Positions 42,837-53,355 of a DNA stretch of 64,000 nt are shown here, one piece after another. Both the position numbers and the translations under genes were made by a program. The notes under the pieces were generated by a model. That model was not told where the DNA came from. It saw only the letters and a list, made by a program, of their open reading frames with translations, and ran no database searches. Origin of the DNA: Phycisphaerae bacterium (GTDB lineage Bacteria > Planctomycetota > Phycisphaerae > UBA1845 > Fen-1342); contig CAXXWX010000026.1 of assembly GCA_963675745.2 (NCBI GenBank), forward strand, positions 416,001 through 480,000, written 5' to 3'. Within the stretch, counting starts at the first letter, position 1. Each line of letters starts with the position of its first letter.

Positions 42837-43373
42837 CTACGCCGGCGCGGGCGCTGTGGCGGCGTGCTCGCGATATGACTGGAGCAGAATCCGGTGGCGG
42901 CGCTTGTGGGCGCCGAAGCCGAGCGCATCCATCTCCTGTTCGGCGCTATGCGGGTCAAGGCCGTCGATATGGACGCGGTACAGCGCGCAGAACATCAGTG
43001 TGCGCTGCTGCCCAAGCCGGCAATGAACCAGAACGGGGCCGCGCGCCGGATCGCGGCATATATCGAGAAACTGCTCAACTTGCGCGCGGGTTGGTGGGTT
43101 CTTGTGGTTGCAGGGGATCGTCACGAACGCAACACCGGCGGCGTCGCAAGCGCGCCGTTCGTCAGCTTCCCACGCGTCTGGATCGTCACCGGCGCGCGCG
43201 CCGCGCAAGCTGACCACGGTCCGCAAGCCATAGCGCGTGATGAGCTGCTCGAGTTGCGCCGGCGTAGGCTGGCCACAGCGATAGAGCCGGCCTTCGGCAA
43301 CCGTGCCAAGATGCCGCATGCCGTCGAACGGTGCTTTGAACAGCCGGCGGATGAACCGCGGTACGTTCACCAA
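42837..43373 (-). CDS. Cys-dependent protein tyrosine/dual-specificity phosphatase family
   Basis: LYRCGQP, TVVSLRG, P-loop VLVHCRLGQQRT; SD GGAGG before TTG. Confidence 0.85.
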   Translation of the reverse strand: MVNVPRFIRRLFKAPFDGMRHLGTVAEGRLYRCGQPTPAQLEQLITRYGLRTVVSLRGARAGDDPDAWEADERRACDAAGVAFVTIPCNHKNPPTRAQVEQFLDICRDPARGPVLVHCRLGQQRTLMFCALYRVHIDGLDPHSAEQEMDALGFGAHKRRHRILLQSYREHAATAPAPA

Positions 43374-43414
43374 TGTGTCCTCCAGGCCGCCCGAGTCGCG
43401 GCGCGGCCCGGGGA

Positions 43415-44629
43415 CTAGCGGGACACAACCACGCGGAACGAGGTCTGGCCTTCGGCGACCTTCTGCCCCAGTTTATCCTTGATTGAGACATTTACCACAT
43501 ACTCGCCCGGACTCAACGTACCCGGCAGGTGTACCTCGCGCGCGATGAAGAAGTCGCTGCGCCGGCGGCGGCAACTGTCGGTGATGTCATTGTCCTTCAA
43601 CTCAACGACCGTGTCGCCCGCACGCGTCAGGACAGTGGTGGACATGGCCAGCTCACTGTGTACCAGGCCGTCGTCGCGCGCTTCGCTTACGAGATTGTCG
43701 ACCTCACAGTACGTGGCGAACGCAATCGGCGCCCCGCCGGTGAACTCGGGCGGATCATAAGGAACGTAGCTGCCAAACCCGTTCACGCGCCGACACAGCA
43801 CCAACGCCGGGATTGACAGTTCGCTGGTCTCACGCAGCGTGTCCAGCAGTGGCTCGATCTCCTCCAACGCGCGCGTGGAGCCCTCAGGCCAGTTGCCCTG
43901 ATGCGCCTCGCGCACGGCAATCTGCACGTCAATCAGCCGGCGGGCAAGTTCCTGTTGCTCCGCCGTGACCATTTGCAGCGGCTCGCGTGCCCCGCTGTAG
44001 TCACCGGCCAGCACCCGCGCCACACGCAGGTCGTACTGCGCGCGAAACGACTCATCGGTGTCCGCGCTGAAGTATTTTTCCAGCATCTCATCGAGCGATG
44101 CCGGCGGCAGCGCTGCAAACGCACCCTCGTTGGCACTCGCGTCCGGCGTGCGCTCGTTCGACGCGGCGGGCAACGGACCGATCGCACCGTTCACCGACAG
44201 CCCGACCAGCATGGGAGCCTCGGTCGCGGCGGTGGCGGCCGGCGGATCGTCCTCAATCACCAGTGCCGGGTCAGGAGTGGCAGCCGTCGCGCCACCATCA
44301 TCGGACGGAGCCGGGGGCACGATCGGACGCCGTGCGGACACCACCGGCGGCGGCCAGAAATCCGGTTCGCTATTGGGCTGCTGCGCCGCCCCATTCACGT
44401 TGTCGACATATTCGAGGACCAGTTGGTCCTCGGCCGACAACTGTGTTGCCGAATCGTCATCCGCCGGCGTCAGCTCATTGGCGGCGTGAACAGGCGCGGG
44501 GGACGATGATTCGCCCGATGAATCGGATCGGGCGTCGACCCCACCACTTCTCCAACCGAACAATTCGCACCCGGTTGCACTCAGCAACGCGAGCACACAC
44601 AGGACCACCAGGCACTTTCGCGCATCCAT
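43415..44629 (-). CDS. hypothetical lipoprotein
   Basis: Lipobox-like LSATGC, Pro/Ala linker, C-terminal beta domain LCRRVNGFGSY...PGEYVVNVSIKD. Confidence 0.75.
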   Translation of the reverse strand: MDARKCLVVLCVLALLSATGCELFGWRSGGVDARSDSSGESSSPAPVHAANELTPADDDSATQLSAEDQLVLEYVDNVNGAAQQPNSEPDFWPPPVVSARRPIVPPAPSDDGGATAATPDPALVIEDDPPAATAATEAPMLVGLSVNGAIGPLPAASNERTPDASANEGAFAALPPASLDEMLEKYFSADTDESFRAQYDLRVARVLAGDYSGAREPLQMVTAEQQELARRLIDVQIAVREAHQGNWPEGSTRALEEIEPLLDTLRETSELSIPALVLCRRVNGFGSYVPYDPPEFTGGAPIAFATYCEVDNLVSEARDDGLVHSELAMSTTVLTRAGDTVVELKDNDITDSCRRRRSDFFIAREVHLPGTLSPGEYVVNVSIKDKLGQKVAEGQTSFRVVVSR

Positions 44630-44677
44630 GCGGCACACTCCGGATCCATCCGCCCCCCGGTCCCCGCCCGCCTGTCT

Positions 44678-45679
44678 TCAGCCGGCATCCTCCGCCAGGT
44701 CGATCAAGACGCCCTCGACGCCTGTTTCTATCGACCGCGCGCCGGTCTTGGCTTGTGCATCGAGGTCGGCGAGCACGCCCAGCATGCGCGTCAGCCTTTG
44801 AAAGGACATTCGGCGCAGGATGGTCCGCAGCGCATCCACTTTGCCATACATTCCCACCTTGGGAGCGATGTCTTTGGGCGTCATTCCGGCGTGGTTCAAG
44901 CGCTGCGCATTGAGCCAGCTACGCAGTTTGTAAGCCATCCCGCCTACCGCACGGTACACGGCGTCCTTATCGGTCGTCAGCACCTGATGCCACAGCCGTA
45001 GAGCGTCGGCCAGGTGCCCCTCGGCCGCGGCGTCCATGGCCGCAAACACCTTCTCCTCGCGCGACTGGCCCACCAACTCGTCAACGTCCCGGGACGTGAT
45101 TTCCGAGCGTTCGCCGACGTACAGGCACAGTTTTTCAACCTCGCCAGCGAGCATGCCCTGTTCCTGGCCGACCAGGGCAACCAGCTTATCCGCCGTGGAG
45201 CGATCGATGCGTTTCTGCGCGGCACGCGCCTCGGTGGCGACAAATCCGGCCAACTCCGACGCGTAGAGCTTCTTGCACTCATGGATCTGGCCACCGGCAA
45301 CCTGGGCGGCCTTGTACAGCTTCGTGTTTCGCGGAAAGCTCCGGCACTCCATGATCAATGCCGCGGTCGGCGGTGGCGCGGCGAGCCAGCGTTCGAGCTT
45401 TTCCCGCGCGGCCGTGATGAAGCGATCAGCCGACCGAACCACGACGACCCGCCGATCCGCAAGGAACGGCAAGGTCGCCAGATCATCGGCGATCGCCGCG
45501 AATGTCGGGCCGCCCTGCTCGTCCGGCAGCGTGCCGTCGTATTCGCTGAGCACCATGGCGCGATCGATCTCGGGCGGCAAGAGGGCGTCGAGCGTTCGCT
45601 GGACAACGGCCTGTTTCTGGTATTCCTCTTCGCCAAACACGACGACGATCGGCGGGACTTTGGTTTTCGCTGTTGGCAT
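44678..45679 (-). CDS. holA: DNA polymerase III subunit delta
   Basis: FGEEEY, TLPFLADRRVVVV, EVEKLCLY, LADLDAQAKTG. Confidence 0.9.
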   Translation of the reverse strand: MPTAKTKVPPIVVVFGEEEYQKQAVVQRTLDALLPPEIDRAMVLSEYDGTLPDEQGGPTFAAIADDLATLPFLADRRVVVVRSADRFITAAREKLERWLAAPPPTAALIMECRSFPRNTKLYKAAQVAGGQIHECKKLYASELAGFVATEARAAQKRIDRSTADKLVALVGQEQGMLAGEVEKLCLYVGERSEITSRDVDELVGQSREEKVFAAMDAAAEGHLADALRLWHQVLTTDKDAVYRAVGGMAYKLRSWLNAQRLNHAGMTPKDIAPKVGMYGKVDALRTILRRMSFQRLTRMLGVLADLDAQAKTGARSIETGVEGVLIDLAEDAG

Positions 45680-46939
45680 CTATGGCACGGAGGCGGAGAG
45701 CCGGCGGTCGCCATCGGGCGCGAAGAGCTTCAAGCGCTCGGCGACCTTGGCTCGGATGTCATCTTCCTCGTCCGTCACCTCGCCGGCCTTCTGCCAGGCA
45801 CTGATCGCCCGTGACAGGTTGCCCAACCGGTGTTCCATGTCACCGTAGTGCAGCCATGTCCTTCCGGACTCGGGCGCCTGGCGCAACAGCCGCTCAAGGT
45901 GCTCACGAGCCTCAGGGTAACGCCTCTGCGTGGCCGCGACCAGTGCCAGCCCTTCGATCGCGGCCTGGTTGGTCGGTTCGGCTTTCAGGGCGGCCTCAAA
46001 GTAACCCCGGGCATCGCCGGTCCGCTGTGTTCGATACACCACTTCCCCCAACGCCACCAGCACGTCGGGGTCGCCGGGAGCCAATCGCAACGCGTCTTTC
46101 AGTCGCGCCTCGGCGAGCGAGTAGCGACCTTCGCCGACATACTGCTCGGCCGACCGCCTGAGTGCCGCAACACGTGGCAGATCGCTCAGCGAGACTGTTG
46201 GCGGTGTGGCGGCCGCAGCCGCGGGCTCCGCCTGATCGGCCTTGCCGGCGAGTGGCTTGTCGTCATGATCGGCCACGCCCGGATCGGCGGGCAACGCCGG
46301 CGGCGCAAGGCGGAGGGTGCGAATCTCGCCGGTGGCGCGATTGCCGGCCAGGTCGGTTACGAGCAAGCGAATCTGGAGCTCTGTGCAGTCCGTCCGTGGC
46401 AGGGGCCACTCAGCGACGTCATCGCGAACCGTGATGCTGCCCCCGTCCAACCATACGGCCGTCGGAAAGGTCCTATAAAACAGTCGTACGCCATCCCCGT
46501 GCAGGTGTTCATCGATCAGTGTCACGTGCAAACGCAGGACCGACACGCCCAGGTCGGTCTTCCCCGACTCCACGCGGTGCAACTGAAGCAGCGGCGCGAT
46601 GGTATCAACGACCACGACGCTCTGTGGCTTGCTGCCCACCGTCGGGGGCGCGCCCGAGATGCCGGCCTCGTTCGCCAGAACCACGTAGAACCCGTAGCGA
46701 CCGTCAGCGGGCGCCTGGAATCGCACGCAGCCACGCTGGCTCGTGTCGGCCTGCACGTCACGCATCCAGGTGCGGCCGCGATCGGTCGTCAGCCACAGCC
46801 GTACATCGGTCACGCTGGCGGCGTTGGCCGTACGATAGGTCAGGACCACATCGTTGGAGTTGACGAAGCGCGGCGTCTCGGCGCCGGCCACGGCAACGCT
46901 CAACGCCGCGAATAGCAGCAGGTGGGCAGGTCTCGCCAT
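45680..46939 (-). CDS. exported protein with beta-sandwich N-terminus and C-terminal TPRs
   Basis: Signal peptide; DRGRTW, DGRYGF, VDTIAP, TDLAGN motifs; TPR repeats. Confidence 0.8.
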   Translation of the reverse strand: MARPAHLLLFAALSVAVAGAETPRFVNSNDVVLTYRTANAASVTDVRLWLTTDRGRTWMRDVQADTSQRGCVRFQAPADGRYGFYVVLANEAGISGAPPTVGSKPQSVVVVDTIAPLLQLHRVESGKTDLGVSVLRLHVTLIDEHLHGDGVRLFYRTFPTAVWLDGGSITVRDDVAEWPLPRTDCTELQIRLLVTDLAGNRATGEIRTLRLAPPALPADPGVADHDDKPLAGKADQAEPAAAAATPPTVSLSDLPRVAALRRSAEQYVGEGRYSLAEARLKDALRLAPGDPDVLVALGEVVYRTQRTGDARGYFEAALKAEPTNQAAIEGLALVAATQRRYPEAREHLERLLRQAPESGRTWLHYGDMEHRLGNLSRAISAWQKAGEVTDEEDDIRAKVAERLKLFAPDGDRRLSASVP

Positions 46940-47213
46940 CCTTGGCAGTCTCCGTGTCCTACACGTTGGGTATCGGAGACTGGTGCCCCGCGAGCACCGT
47001 TGCGTGCGCCCCTTCGCGCGGCCCATGCGCCCACCCGATAACACATCCGGCGGCAGTGCGGCCGGGGCCGCGTTTTTCGGGCCGCCAGCGGGTAGGATGC
47101 GCAAGAACCGACAGTACCAATCGCCCGGCCGTCGGAGCACCAGGCGCGATTGTGGCACAATCCGATTGTGGCCCACGGCAGCCGGGAACTTAAGCGGCGG
47201 GAGTATGCACGGT

Positions 47214-48467
47214 ATGACGCCAAACAACGACATTCAACAGGCGGTTGACGCGATCCAGGTGGTCGACACGCACGAGCACCTCGAAGAGGAATCACGTCGG
47301 CTCAAGCGCACGATCGACTTCGCCACGTTGTTTGAGCAATACGCCTCGGACGATTTGCGCTCGGCGGGCATGACGGAGCGCGAGCGCGAGCGCTGGCTGG
47401 CGCCCGATACGTCGCTCGACGAGAAATGGCGATTGTTTGAACCTCACTACCGTGCGGCACGCAACACGGCTTACTTCCGGGCCGTCGAGATTGCGGTCCG
47501 CGACCTGTACGGAATCGACCGCATCGCCGTCGATACGATCAGGCCGCTGTCCGAGCGTATCGCGCAGCGCAATCGTCCCGGCGTGCTGAAGTGGATTCTG
47601 CGCGAGCAGGCGAACATCGCGCTATCACAGGTGAACGCGGACGAGATCTTTATCCGCGAGGAGACAGATCGCGAGATATTCCGCCAGGATCTTTCGGTCG
47701 TCGCGCTGCTGGGCTGGCCGATTCCATTTGCGGAGCTGGAGCAGGCGGTGAATACGGCCGTCAAGAGCCTGCGCGGATATGGCGCGGCAATCGACGCCGT
47801 GTTCGCGCGCTACGCGCCGCAAGCCAGCGCGGTCAAGCAACAGAGCGCCTATTGGCGCATCCAGCGGTTTGACGACGTTTCAGATGTGACCGCCGAACGC
47901 GTGTTTGACCAGGCAATCCGCGATCCCGAGGCGGTCAGCGCGGATGACCGCAAGGCGCTGCAGGATTGGAGTTTTCACCGCTGCATCCGCAACGCGATCG
48001 AGCACAAGCTGCCCGTCAAGATCCACACCGGCTATCGGGCGGGTGTTAACAACATGGTGATGGAGGAAATCCGCGCGGCGCACCTGGTCAACCTGTTCAT
48101 GCAATATCCCGAGGCGAAGTTCGACCTCTTTCACATCGCGTATCCCGATACGTCGGAAGCCGTCGCGCTGGCCAAGCACTTCACCAATGTGTACGTGGAC
48201 ATGTGCTGGGCGTGGATCATTGACCTGGCGGCGGCGCGGCAGTTCCTGCGTCAGTTCCTGACCGCCGTCCCGGCCAACAAGCTTTTCGCCTTCGGCGGCG
48301 ATTTCACCGTCGCCGAGCCGGTATACGGGCATCTGCGTCTGGCGCGCGACGGCATCGCTCGTGTGCTGAGCGAGTTTGTCGAGGAGGGGTATTTGAACAT
48401 CAACGACGCAATCGAGATCGCCCAGCGCATTCTGCGTGAGAATGCGCTCGAGGTCTTTGGGGACTGA
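47214..48467 (+). CDS. amidohydrolase-superfamily metallohydrolase
   Basis: VDTHEH, KIHTG, FDLFH..YP, NVYVDMCW, FGGD. Confidence 0.85.
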   Translation: MTPNNDIQQAVDAIQVVDTHEHLEEESRRLKRTIDFATLFEQYASDDLRSAGMTERERERWLAPDTSLDEKWRLFEPHYRAARNTAYFRAVEIAVRDLYGIDRIAVDTIRPLSERIAQRNRPGVLKWILREQANIALSQVNADEIFIREETDREIFRQDLSVVALLGWPIPFAELEQAVNTAVKSLRGYGAAIDAVFARYAPQASAVKQQSAYWRIQRFDDVSDVTAERVFDQAIRDPEAVSADDRKALQDWSFHRCIRNAIEHKLPVKIHTGYRAGVNNMVMEEIRAAHLVNLFMQYPEAKFDLFHIAYPDTSEAVALAKHFTNVYVDMCWAWIIDLAAARQFLRQFLTAVPANKLFAFGGDFTVAEPVYGHLRLARDGIARVLSEFVEEGYLNINDAIEIAQRILRENALEVFGD

Positions 48468-48502
48468 CGCCGCGCAGGAGTGCCTCCGCGGCGCCGGTCG
48501 CG

Positions 48503-49468
48503 TCAACGCACGGTGTTGGGCGGCTCTTTTCCGTTGAGCACGGCGAGCACGTTTTCCGCCGCCATCGCTGACATCTTCTCGCGCGTCGCCGTCGTGGCAC
48601 TGCCCAGGTGCGGCAGCAGCACGGTGTTTGGCAGGTCGGCGAGGCCCGCGTACACACGCGGCTCATCTTCGTAAACATCAAGACCGGCCGCCGCGATTTC
48701 ACCGTCCCGCAGAGCGGCGGCCAGGGCGGCCTCGTCCACGATCGGGCCACGCGCCGTGTTGACCAGAATCGCCGTCGGCTTCATCAGCGCAAGCGCGGCC
48801 GAGTCGATCAGGTGGTGGTTCTCGGGCGCCATCGGCATGTGCAGAGACACAACATCGGATTCGCGCAACAACTCGTCGAGTTCAACCCGCCGGGCGCCGC
48901 ACCGCGTCTCGATCTGTTCATTGCGCCGGGGGTCGACGTAAACCACGCGCATGTTGAAGCCGACCGAACGCAGCGCGGTGGCCGTACCAATGCGCCCGGC
49001 CCCCACGATGCCGAGTGTGGCGCCGCTGAGTTGCAGACCGAGCAGTTGCGTGGGACACCAGCCGGGCCAGTCGCCGGCGCGCATAACGCGATCCCCGGCG
49101 GGTACGTGGCGCGCGGCGGCGAGGATCAGTGTCCAGGCCAGATCAGCGGTGGCATCGGTCAGCACACCGGGCGTGTTACTGACCTGTACGCCACGCCGCG
49201 CACACGCCGCGATGTCGATGTTGTCGAATCCAACGGCGTAATTGGCGACGATCTTCAACCCCGCGCCGGCGGCTTCGAGGAAACTCTCATCCACCCGATC
49301 GCTGAGCATGGTGATCACGCCGACGGCACCCCCTACGCGCGCGAGCGCGTCGGCGCGCGGCAGCGGCCAATCGGTGGCGAACTCGTCAACGCTGACGCCG
49401 GCTTCCGCGAGCATTGTGGCCGCGGGCGGCGGCATGCGGCGTGTGATGACAACGCGCTGAGGTGACAT
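48503..49468 (-). CDS. D-2-hydroxyacid dehydrogenase (glyoxylate reductase/D-glycerate dehydrogenase)
   Basis: AVGFDNID, NTPGVLTDATAD, GAGRIG, NTARG, GLDVYEDEP, PHLGSAT. Confidence 0.92.
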   Translation of the reverse strand: MSPQRVVITRRMPPPAATMLAEAGVSVDEFATDWPLPRADALARVGGAVGVITMLSDRVDESFLEAAGAGLKIVANYAVGFDNIDIAACARRGVQVSNTPGVLTDATADLAWTLILAAARHVPAGDRVMRAGDWPGWCPTQLLGLQLSGATLGIVGAGRIGTATALRSVGFNMRVVYVDPRRNEQIETRCGARRVELDELLRESDVVSLHMPMAPENHHLIDSAALALMKPTAILVNTARGPIVDEAALAAALRDGEIAAAGLDVYEDEPRVYAGLADLPNTVLLPHLGSATTATREKMSAMAAENVLAVLNGKEPPNTVR

Positions 49469-49533
49469 GGACAGACGTTTCCTCTACGTGGCGGCCGACC
49501 CAGGTGGCGGCCGTCATTGCCCAGGTTGCAACT

Positions 49534-49606
49534 GTGCGCCACGGTTCTATGAGCCACGTATGGGCTCACGCGTAAACAGAGCACGGCTCACAGAGCCGTG
49601 GCACAC
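49534..49606. repeat. REP family B doublet (left arm degenerate)
   Basis: GCCACGGTTCTATGAGCC ... CACGGCTCACAGAGCCGTGGCACAC. Confidence 0.7.
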
Positions 49607-49631
49607 GTTGAAGATGTCCACCACACGGGGG

Positions 49632-50189
49632 CTACTTGGTCTTGAAGTAGATCTGGCAGCTCTCGCTCTGGTCGGCGGAGACGGTGAACACCAACAGGTA
49701 TTCGACGCCCGGCCTGAACTCGACACTGCTGACTTCGTTGTCCTTCTTGTCGAGGATCTTGAACTGGCCGCCGAGATTGCCCAAGTCGTAGTCAACGCCG
49801 GGCTTCATGTTCTGCTCGGCGTCATTCATGCCGCGCGGGAAGATCGTGTAGTCGGGCAGATCAGAGAAATCCGCCTCGAACTTCTGGTGGACCTGCATGG
49901 TGACGTGCTTGATGAATCCGAACTTCTTGGGCTCGATGATCTCATACTTGAAGGTCGGCGAACCGGTCACGCTTTCGCCAATCTCAAATGGAGAATAGCC
50001 CATGATTCCCTTGCGGAGTGTGTTCTGCTTGGCCTGCTTGCCGTCGAGGAAGATCCGCAGGTTGGTGTCTTTGCGCGTCAGATTCTTGCCAATGCCAAAG
50101 GCCGACCAGCCGGCGCTCGAGGCGCTGCAAGCGGACAGAAACAGGAGAGCCGAGGCACCGACGGTAAGGCCAACGAGTGCGCGTTTCAT
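49632..50189 (-). CDS. hypothetical exported protein/lipoprotein
   Basis: MKRALVGLTVGASALLFLSAC lipobox-like; strong coding codon bias. Confidence 0.75.
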   Translation of the reverse strand: MKRALVGLTVGASALLFLSACSASSAGWSAFGIGKNLTRKDTNLRIFLDGKQAKQNTLRKGIMGYSPFEIGESVTGSPTFKYEIIEPKKFGFIKHVTMQVHQKFEADFSDLPDYTIFPRGMNDAEQNMKPGVDYDLGNLGGQFKILDKKDNEVSSVEFRPGVEYLLVFTVSADQSESCQIYFKTK

Positions 50190-50330
50190 AGCAGTTTTTC
50201 CCTTCGTATTGGTGTTTAGTACCACGAACCGACAGTCCGACTGGTTGGCACCAAGCCAGACCACGCCATCAACGAGGTAGTTTAGCGTGCGGGCGGCAAG
50301 CGACAAGCGCGCCGTCCGCGTCGCGTGCGG

Positions 50331-51560
50331 CTATGCCCAACCGGCGCGCTCGACGTCGCGCGCCACGGCGGCGGTGTGCGCCAGCAACGCCGCTGCCGCA
50401 TCGGACAGATCGAGATCGCGCCGATCCATCACAACCCGCGCAATGGTGATAGCCTTGTCCAGTCGATACTGCGTCATGCCGCCATCCGCGAGCCAGGCGA
50501 AGGACGGTACAAACTTCGGGACCGCGGTCTGCGGGAACACGTTGGACGCCACCCCCACCACGCACCCGGTCGGCAGAATCGTGCCGATACCGGTTTTTGA
50601 GTGATCGCCGATCATCGCGCCGATCAGGCACTCGGCCGTCTCCACCCCCTTGCCGTTCAGGAAGACGCGAATCGGGCCGTAGGTGTTCTTGAGATCACTG
50701 GTGATGGTATCGGCGCCGATGTTCACCCACTCGGCAAGGTAGCTGTGACCGAGGAACCCGTCATGCTGCTTGTTGCTGTAGCCGTGAATTATGCTGGCCT
50801 CGACCTCGCCACCCACGCGACAGACCGGCCCGATGGTCGTGCCCGCGCGAATCACCGCACCCGGTCGCACGATCGACTGCGGCCCAACGTAGCATGGCCC
50901 CTCGATCACGGCGTTGGGCAGAATGAGCGCCTCCCGATCGATCCAGATCGGCCCGTTCTCGGCGTCGAGCACAGCGCCCGGCTTGACCAACGCTGAGGCG
51001 GCGACGTGAATCTGACGATCGCTGAGCAGATGCGCCCCCGGATAGACGGTCCCGTCGATCACGCCGCCATCGCGGCACTGACGGGCGAGCTCGGCCTCGT
51101 TCGCCAGCGCGAGCTGCCACGGATATTCGATCAGCCGGATGCCGGCCGGCGGACGCTCGAGCCTGTAAACCTCGAGCCATTGCCCGAGTCGCGCCGCATC
51201 CAGGAACAGGTCGGCCGTCAGCGTCGTTGCCACCTCTCCGGGGATGCTGAGCGCGATCAGATGCCCGTTCTCACGCCAGCCCGTGCCGACCGGCGGCGGT
51301 TGCAGGTCGCTCGTGACGAACGCACGCGCGTTGATCAGGCACCAGTCGGCCGCCGGCGACGGACTAGGTAGTTCGTGGCGTTCGGCGAGCACCGCGGACA
51401 GTTCGGGGCGCGTCAGCAACCGGACGACCCGGCCCGGCAGATTGTCGGTAATCTTGTCGATCAGGCGATCGCGACCGCAGCACAGCTCGCACGCCGGCCG
51501 CAGCCAGGTCAGTGGCAGCAGTTGTTGGTAGCCGTCATCCTCGAAAAGCGCGATGTTCAT
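50331..51560 (-). CDS. putative sugar nucleotidyltransferase with left-handed beta-helix (GlmU-like)
   Basis: LLPLTWLRP, hexapeptide repeats, GGEVE, SNKQHDGFLGHSY, SDLKNTY, GDHSKTGIG. Confidence 0.85.
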   Translation of the reverse strand: MNIALFEDDGYQQLLPLTWLRPACELCCGRDRLIDKITDNLPGRVVRLLTRPELSAVLAERHELPSPSPAADWCLINARAFVTSDLQPPPVGTGWRENGHLIALSIPGEVATTLTADLFLDAARLGQWLEVYRLERPPAGIRLIEYPWQLALANEAELARQCRDGGVIDGTVYPGAHLLSDRQIHVAASALVKPGAVLDAENGPIWIDREALILPNAVIEGPCYVGPQSIVRPGAVIRAGTTIGPVCRVGGEVEASIIHGYSNKQHDGFLGHSYLAEWVNIGADTITSDLKNTYGPIRVFLNGKGVETAECLIGAMIGDHSKTGIGTILPTGCVVGVASNVFPQTAVPKFVPSFAWLADGGMTQYRLDKAITIARVVMDRRDLDLSDAAAALLAHTAAVARDVERAGWA

Positions 51561-51679
51561 CACGTACCTCTCGGTTCGCCGCCGCGCGGCCGCCGCGGGG
51601 GGTGATGGCGACGTTTCCGCGCGGCCCCTGCCAGACAAGAGTGTCGCCACCATCGTAGCGGCACGCTAAACTCACGACC

Positions 51680-52255
51680 ATGGCCAGTGGGCGAGGCGTC
51701 AGCCCGGTAAAGCTCTTTGTCGGCATGCTCGGCAGCGATGCCGATCTGCTGCGGCGCGCCGCGCACCTGCTCAGCCAGCAATACGGCCCGGTCGACTTTG
51801 CCAGCGAGCTGTGGCCATTTGACGAGACCGACTATTACGAACCGGAAATGGGCCCGGATCTGAAACGCCGATTCGTCAGCTTCCAGGATCTGATTCAGCC
51901 CGATCGAATCGCGGAGATCAAACGCGAAAGCTACGAAATCGAGCGACAGCTCGCCGACGACACGCTGGCCGCCATCCCGCGCCCGGTGAATCTCGACCCT
52001 GGCTACCTGGATCTTAGTAAGCTCGTGCTGGCAACGACGAAAGATGCATCGCACCGCGTATATCTGGGGGCGGGGATTTTCGCCGAGGTCACGCTGCGCT
52101 ACGCGCGCGGCGGCTGGCAGTTGCTGCCGTGGACCTACCCCGACTTCCGCAAGGACGAATATCACGAGCTGTTCCGCAAGCTGCGCGAGCGATATCGTTC
52201 ACAACGACAGGCACTCATGAATACCCAGACGCACCCCGACGGGGAGTTGCTGTGA
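51680..52255 (+). CDS. DUF4416-like protein
   Basis: FDETDYYEPEMG, RPVNLDPGY, LATTKD.SHRVYL, PWTYPDF. Confidence 0.8.
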   Translation: MASGRGVSPVKLFVGMLGSDADLLRRAAHLLSQQYGPVDFASELWPFDETDYYEPEMGPDLKRRFVSFQDLIQPDRIAEIKRESYEIERQLADDTLAAIPRPVNLDPGYLDLSKLVLATTKDASHRVYLGAGIFAEVTLRYARGGWQLLPWTYPDFRKDEYHELFRKLRERYRSQRQALMNTQTHPDGELL

Positions 52256-53355
52256 ATCCAGTCGCGCTCGCAACCATCCTGGCCGCCGCCGGCGCTGTCA
52301 GCCTTGTGCTCGCACTAATCGGAACCAGGTTGGCCATCCCGTTGGCGCGGCGGATTGGCTATGTTGATCAACCAGGGGCGCACAAATCGCACACACTGCC
52401 CACCCCGTACGGCGGCGGATTGGCGATCCTGCTCGCGACCTGGTTGCCGCTGGCCGCCGTGGTCATCGTCAGTTGGCTGGTTTCGAGTGACTGGATCGCC
52501 GAGACATTTGGCGCGGCGTACGTGCCTTATTTCGGCGGCCTGATCGAGCGGCGGGGACAGGCGCTGGTGATTCTGGCGGGCGGCCTGGTCTTACACGTGC
52601 TCGGGCTGGTGGACGATGTTCATCCGCTGGGCCCCGTGCCAAAGCTGACCGTGATGTTCGCCGTGGCGCTGTTTGTGACCACGGCCGGCGAGGTGCGGCT
52701 GGCGGAATTCGCGGGCGCCTGGATCGCGACCATCCTCTCAGCCGTGTGGATCGTCGTGATCATCAACGCGTTCAATTTCCTGGACAACATGGACGGCCTC
52801 AGCGCGGGGGTTGCGTCGATCTGCCTGGGGTTGATTGTGGCCTGTGGAGTTCTGGCGGGGCAGGTGTTTGTTCCGGCGCTTGGCTGCGTGTTTCTCGGCG
52901 GCATCCTCGGTTTCCTGGTTTTCAATTTCCCACCGGCGCGCATCTTCATGGGTGACGCGGGGAGCCTGGTTGTCGGCTATATGCTCGCGGTGACGTCGGT
53001 CCTGACGACGTATTTCGAGTCAGGAAGCGGCGCCGCGCCTTATGCGCTGGCCATGCCGATCATAATCCTGGCCGTGCCGTTGTATGACTGCCTGTCGGTT
53101 ACGATGATCCGAGTGGCGGAAGGTCGTCACCCGATGCAGGGCGATCAACGGCACTTCTCACATCGGCTGGTCGACCACGGACTCTCACGCCGCTTTGCGG
53201 TGATGACGATCTACCTGGCGACCGCCGCCACCGGCTTGAGCGCGACGCTGCTGCCGGGCTGCGGGCTGCGCGAGACAATCACTATTCTGGCATTCGTCTT
53301 CATGGTGCTCGCGATCATCGCAATTCTAGAGATGCCGGTCGGCAAGTCGTCATGA
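52252..53355 (+). CDS. MraY/WecA-family polyprenyl-phosphate sugar-1-phosphate transferase
   Basis: HK.H..PTPYGGG, GLVDD, NAFNFLDNMDGL, IFMGDAGS, HFSHRL. Confidence 0.9.
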   Translation: MNPVALATILAAAGAVSLVLALIGTRLAIPLARRIGYVDQPGAHKSHTLPTPYGGGLAILLATWLPLAAVVIVSWLVSSDWIAETFGAAYVPYFGGLIERRGQALVILAGGLVLHVLGLVDDVHPLGPVPKLTVMFAVALFVTTAGEVRLAEFAGAWIATILSAVWIVVIINAFNFLDNMDGLSAGVASICLGLIVACGVLAGQVFVPALGCVFLGGILGFLVFNFPPARIFMGDAGSLVVGYMLAVTSVLTTYFESGSGAAPYALAMPIIILAVPLYDCLSVTMIRVAEGRHPMQGDQRHFSHRLVDHGLSRRFAVMTIYLATAATGLSATLLPGCGLRETITILAFVFMVLAIIAILEMPVGKSS